From: an uncultured Myxococcales bacterium | Lineage (GTDB): Bacteria > Myxococcota_A > Bradymonadia > UBA7976 > UBA1532 | DNA: 64,000 nucleotides | NCBI GenBank assembly: GCA_903847385.1 | Contig: CAINDO010000261.1 | Location: 108-64,107, forward strand | Direction of reading: 5' to 3' | Part shown: positions 61,788 to 64,000 of the stretch, one piece after another | Layout: each line of letters starts with the position of its first letter | Numbering within the stretch: position 1 is the first letter of the stretch | Notes under the pieces: model-generated | What the model saw: the letters and a program-made list of their open reading frames with translations, nothing else | What the model was told of the DNA's origin: nothing | Databases searched by the model: none | Translations under genes and position numbers: made by a program

Positions 61788-64000
61788 ATGAAGCTCAAGC
61801 GCCTCGACATTCACGGCTTCAAGTCGTTCTACCACCGCACGACGGTGGTGTTCGACGATGGGATCACGGCCGTGGTCGGCCCGAACGGGTGCGGCAAGTC
61901 CAACATCGTGGACTCGTTGAAGTGGGTCATGGGCGAGCAGGGCGCCAAGGCGCTCCGCGGCGGCTCCATGGAGGACGTCATCTTCAACGGCACCGGCCAG
62001 CGCGGCCCCATGGGCATGTGCGAGGTGCGCCTGACGTACGTGAACGACGGCTCCACCGAGGTGCCCGCGCGTTGGAAGGACGTCGAGGAGATCGCGATCG
62101 AGCGCCGCATGGAGCGCTCCGGCGGCTCGGATTACTTCATCAACAAGGTCCGGGTGCGCCTTCAGGACGTCCACGACCTGCTCTCGGGCATGGGCGTGGG
62201 CGGTCAGCGCGCCTACGCGATCATCGAGCAGGGGCAGATCGGCCGCATCGTCAGCGCACGCCCGGAAGAGCGCCGCACGATCATCGAAGAGGCCGCCGGC
62301 ATCACGCGCTACCGGGTCCGCAAGAAGGTCGCCGAGCGGAAGATGGAGGAGACGCGGCTGAATCTGGAGCGCGTCGCCGACATCATCGGCGAGGTCGACG
62401 GGCAGCTGAAGTCGCTGCGACGTCAGGCGAAGAAAGCCGAGCGTTACAAAGAGTACCGCGTCGAGGCGCGCCACCTTCAGCTCAAGGCCGCGGTCTGGGA
62501 GTACCACCACCTGCAGGCGGACCACGCCGGCCTGATCGCGCGGGTCGAGTCCCTGGCCGCCGGCGAGGGGGACGCGATCCGCGCGCTCGAGACGGCCGAG
62601 GCCCACCGGGCGGCGGTCAAGCTCGAAGAGCAGGGGACGGAGTCGCGCGCACGCGCCCTCGCCGGACAGTTGGCCGGCGCCGAGAACGACGTTCGCCTGG
62701 CCGAGGGTCAGCTCGAACTGCTCGGCCGTGAGGCACAGGGCACGCGCCAGCGCCTGGAGACGGCGCGCGTCGAGCGCGGGCGCGCCGCCGAGCGCATCGC
62801 CGAGCTGACGGCGGAGCGCGAAGAGGCCGAGGCGCGCGTCGCCTCTCTGGACGAGGAGGCCTCGGGAGACGCCTCGGATCTCCCGCGCCTCGACGCCGAA
62901 CTCCAGGGGGTCCAGACGGAGCTGAGGGCGGCGCGCGACGCCTCGGAGCAGCACAAACGCGCCGCGTCCGAGGCCGCGCAGATGATCGTCCGCGCCCGCG
63001 CCGTGCGCGACGCGGCCTCGCGGCGTGAGCAGGAGCTCCTGGCCCGCGCCGTGTCCGCTCAGGACGAGGTCGAGTCGCTGATTGCCCAGCGCGACGTCCT
63101 CGCGCGCCAGCTCCGCGAGTCACAGGACCGCTTGCGGCAGGCGGACGAGCAGGTCGAAACGGCCCGCACGGAGCGCGATGCGGCCGAGGCGACGCGCCTC
63201 GCGGCCGAGGGCGAGGCCCGCGCGGGTGAGGACCGCGAACGGCGCGCAAGGGAGCACCTGGCCGGCACGCGCAGCCGCCTGCGCAGCCTGGAGGAGCTCG
63301 AGGCCCGGCGCGAGGGCGTCGGCGAGGGGCCGCGCGCCGTCCTCGCCCGCGGCGCCGAGGCCGGTGTGCTCGGCCTCGTCTCGGAGAACCTGTCCCCGCC
63401 CGCCGAGCTCGAGAAGGCCGTCGCCGCCGCGCTCGGGCCCCGCCTGCAGGCCGTCGTCGTCACGGACCTGGGCCGCGCGGGTGCGGCCGCGGACCTGCTG
63501 CGCGGGCAAGGGCGCGGGCGCGGTACCTTCGTATCCGCCCAGGCGGAGCCCTTGCCGGTCCCCGTGGCGCCGGTGCGGCCGGGTGTGCGGGGTCGGCTCG
63601 TCGATCTGCTCGGCGCGCAGGGCCTGCCCGCGGTGCTCGTCGGCGACGCGCTGCTCGTCGAGGATCTGGCCGTGGCGCTGGAGATCGCGCGGGAGGGCGC
63701 CTGGCCCGGCTGCGTGGTCACGCTCGAGGGCGACCGGGTGGACGCGCCGGCCTGGGTGACGGGCGGCCACGGCGGCGCGGACGCGGCCCCGCTCAGCCGA
63801 CGCCGCGAGATCCGCGAGCTCACCGCCGCTGCGACCACACTCGAGGCCGAGGCCGCCGAGGGTCAGGCCGCAGCCCAGGCGCAGCGCGCCCTCGCCGCCG
63901 ACGCCCGCGCCCGCCGCGAGACCGCCGCCCGGGCCCTGCAGGATGGTGAGATCCGCCGCGCCGAGGCCCGCAAGGACGCTGCCCGCTACGAGGCCGATCT
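61788..64000 (+). CDS. smc: Chromosome segregation protein SMC (5' part; runs off the window)
   Basis: MKLKRLDIHGFKSF, VGPNGCGKSNI, LRGGSMEDVIFNG, IIEQGQI, EEAAGI, coiled coil and hinge GRGTF. Confidence 0.96.
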   Translation, partial: MKLKRLDIHGFKSFYHRTTVVFDDGITAVVGPNGCGKSNIVDSLKWVMGEQGAKALRGGSMEDVIFNGTGQRGPMGMCEVRLTYVNDGSTEVPARWKDVEEIAIERRMERSGGSDYFINKVRVRLQDVHDLLSGMGVGGQRAYAIIEQGQIGRIVSARPEERRTIIEEAAGITRYRVRKKVAERKMEETRLNLERVADIIGEVDGQLKSLRRQAKKAERYKEYRVEARHLQLKAAVWEYHHLQADHAGLIARVESLAAGEGDAIRALETAEAHRAAVKLEEQGTESRARALAGQLAGAENDVRLAEGQLELLGREAQGTRQRLETARVERGRAAERIAELTAEREEAEARVASLDEEASGDASDLPRLDAELQGVQTELRAARDASEQHKRAASEAAQMIVRARAVRDAASRREQELLARAVSAQDEVESLIAQRDVLARQLRESQDRLRQADEQVETARTERDAAEATRLAAEGEARAGEDRERRAREHLAGTRSRLRSLEELEARREGVGEGPRAVLARGAEAGVLGLVSENLSPPAELEKAVAAALGPRLQAVVVTDLGRAGAAADLLRGQGRGRGTFVSAQAEPLPVPVAPVRPGVRGRLVDLLGAQGLPAVLVGDALLVEDLAVALEIAREGAWPGCVVTLEGDRVDAPAWVTGGHGGADAAPLSRRREIRELTAAATTLEAEAAEGQAAAQAQRALAADARARRETAARALQDGEIRRAEARKDAARYEAD

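Overview
A very GC-rich bacterial chromosome segment, most likely from Myxococcota or a related deltaproteobacterium (MYXO-CTERM protein, TraB-like OmpA, Cys/Asp-rich lipoproteins, several sigma54 promoters). From left to right: a TraB-like OmpA gene divergent from a 1644-aa MYXO-CTERM surface protein; a translationally coupled six-gene type II FAS/PKS-like operon (FabZ, KS, CLF-KS fusion, FabD, CLF, flavin ene-reductase) with no ACP or KR; a GT2 divergent from a Ca-binding repeat lipoprotein, an LbH protein and a dead-GT2/methyltransferase fusion; tRNA-Arg, rpmB, ridA, hpf and tRNA-Val; an SCP2/AMACR-like pair; the core envelope run lysS-lolC/E-lolD-bamA-skp-lpxD-lpxA; a DnaA-box/IHF-like intergenic element; prfB with its +1 frameshift; an LpoB operon; DHH, SDR, folE (apparent CTG start), PHP, bcp, def, orphan nuoI and PilZ; a sigma54 MBL-hydrolase/GAF-activator module; a hybrid kinase; a MoxR/DUF58 operon divergent from a presenilin-like GxGD protease; and the 5' part of smc. 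No mobile elements or CRISPR arrays were seen. The most promising leads are the presenilin-like protease facing type I membrane proteins, the KS/CLF lipid operon with its neighbouring pseudo-enzyme cluster, the cNMP-GAF sigma54 loop and the DnaA-box element. All calls come from motif recognition by eye; no database searches were run.
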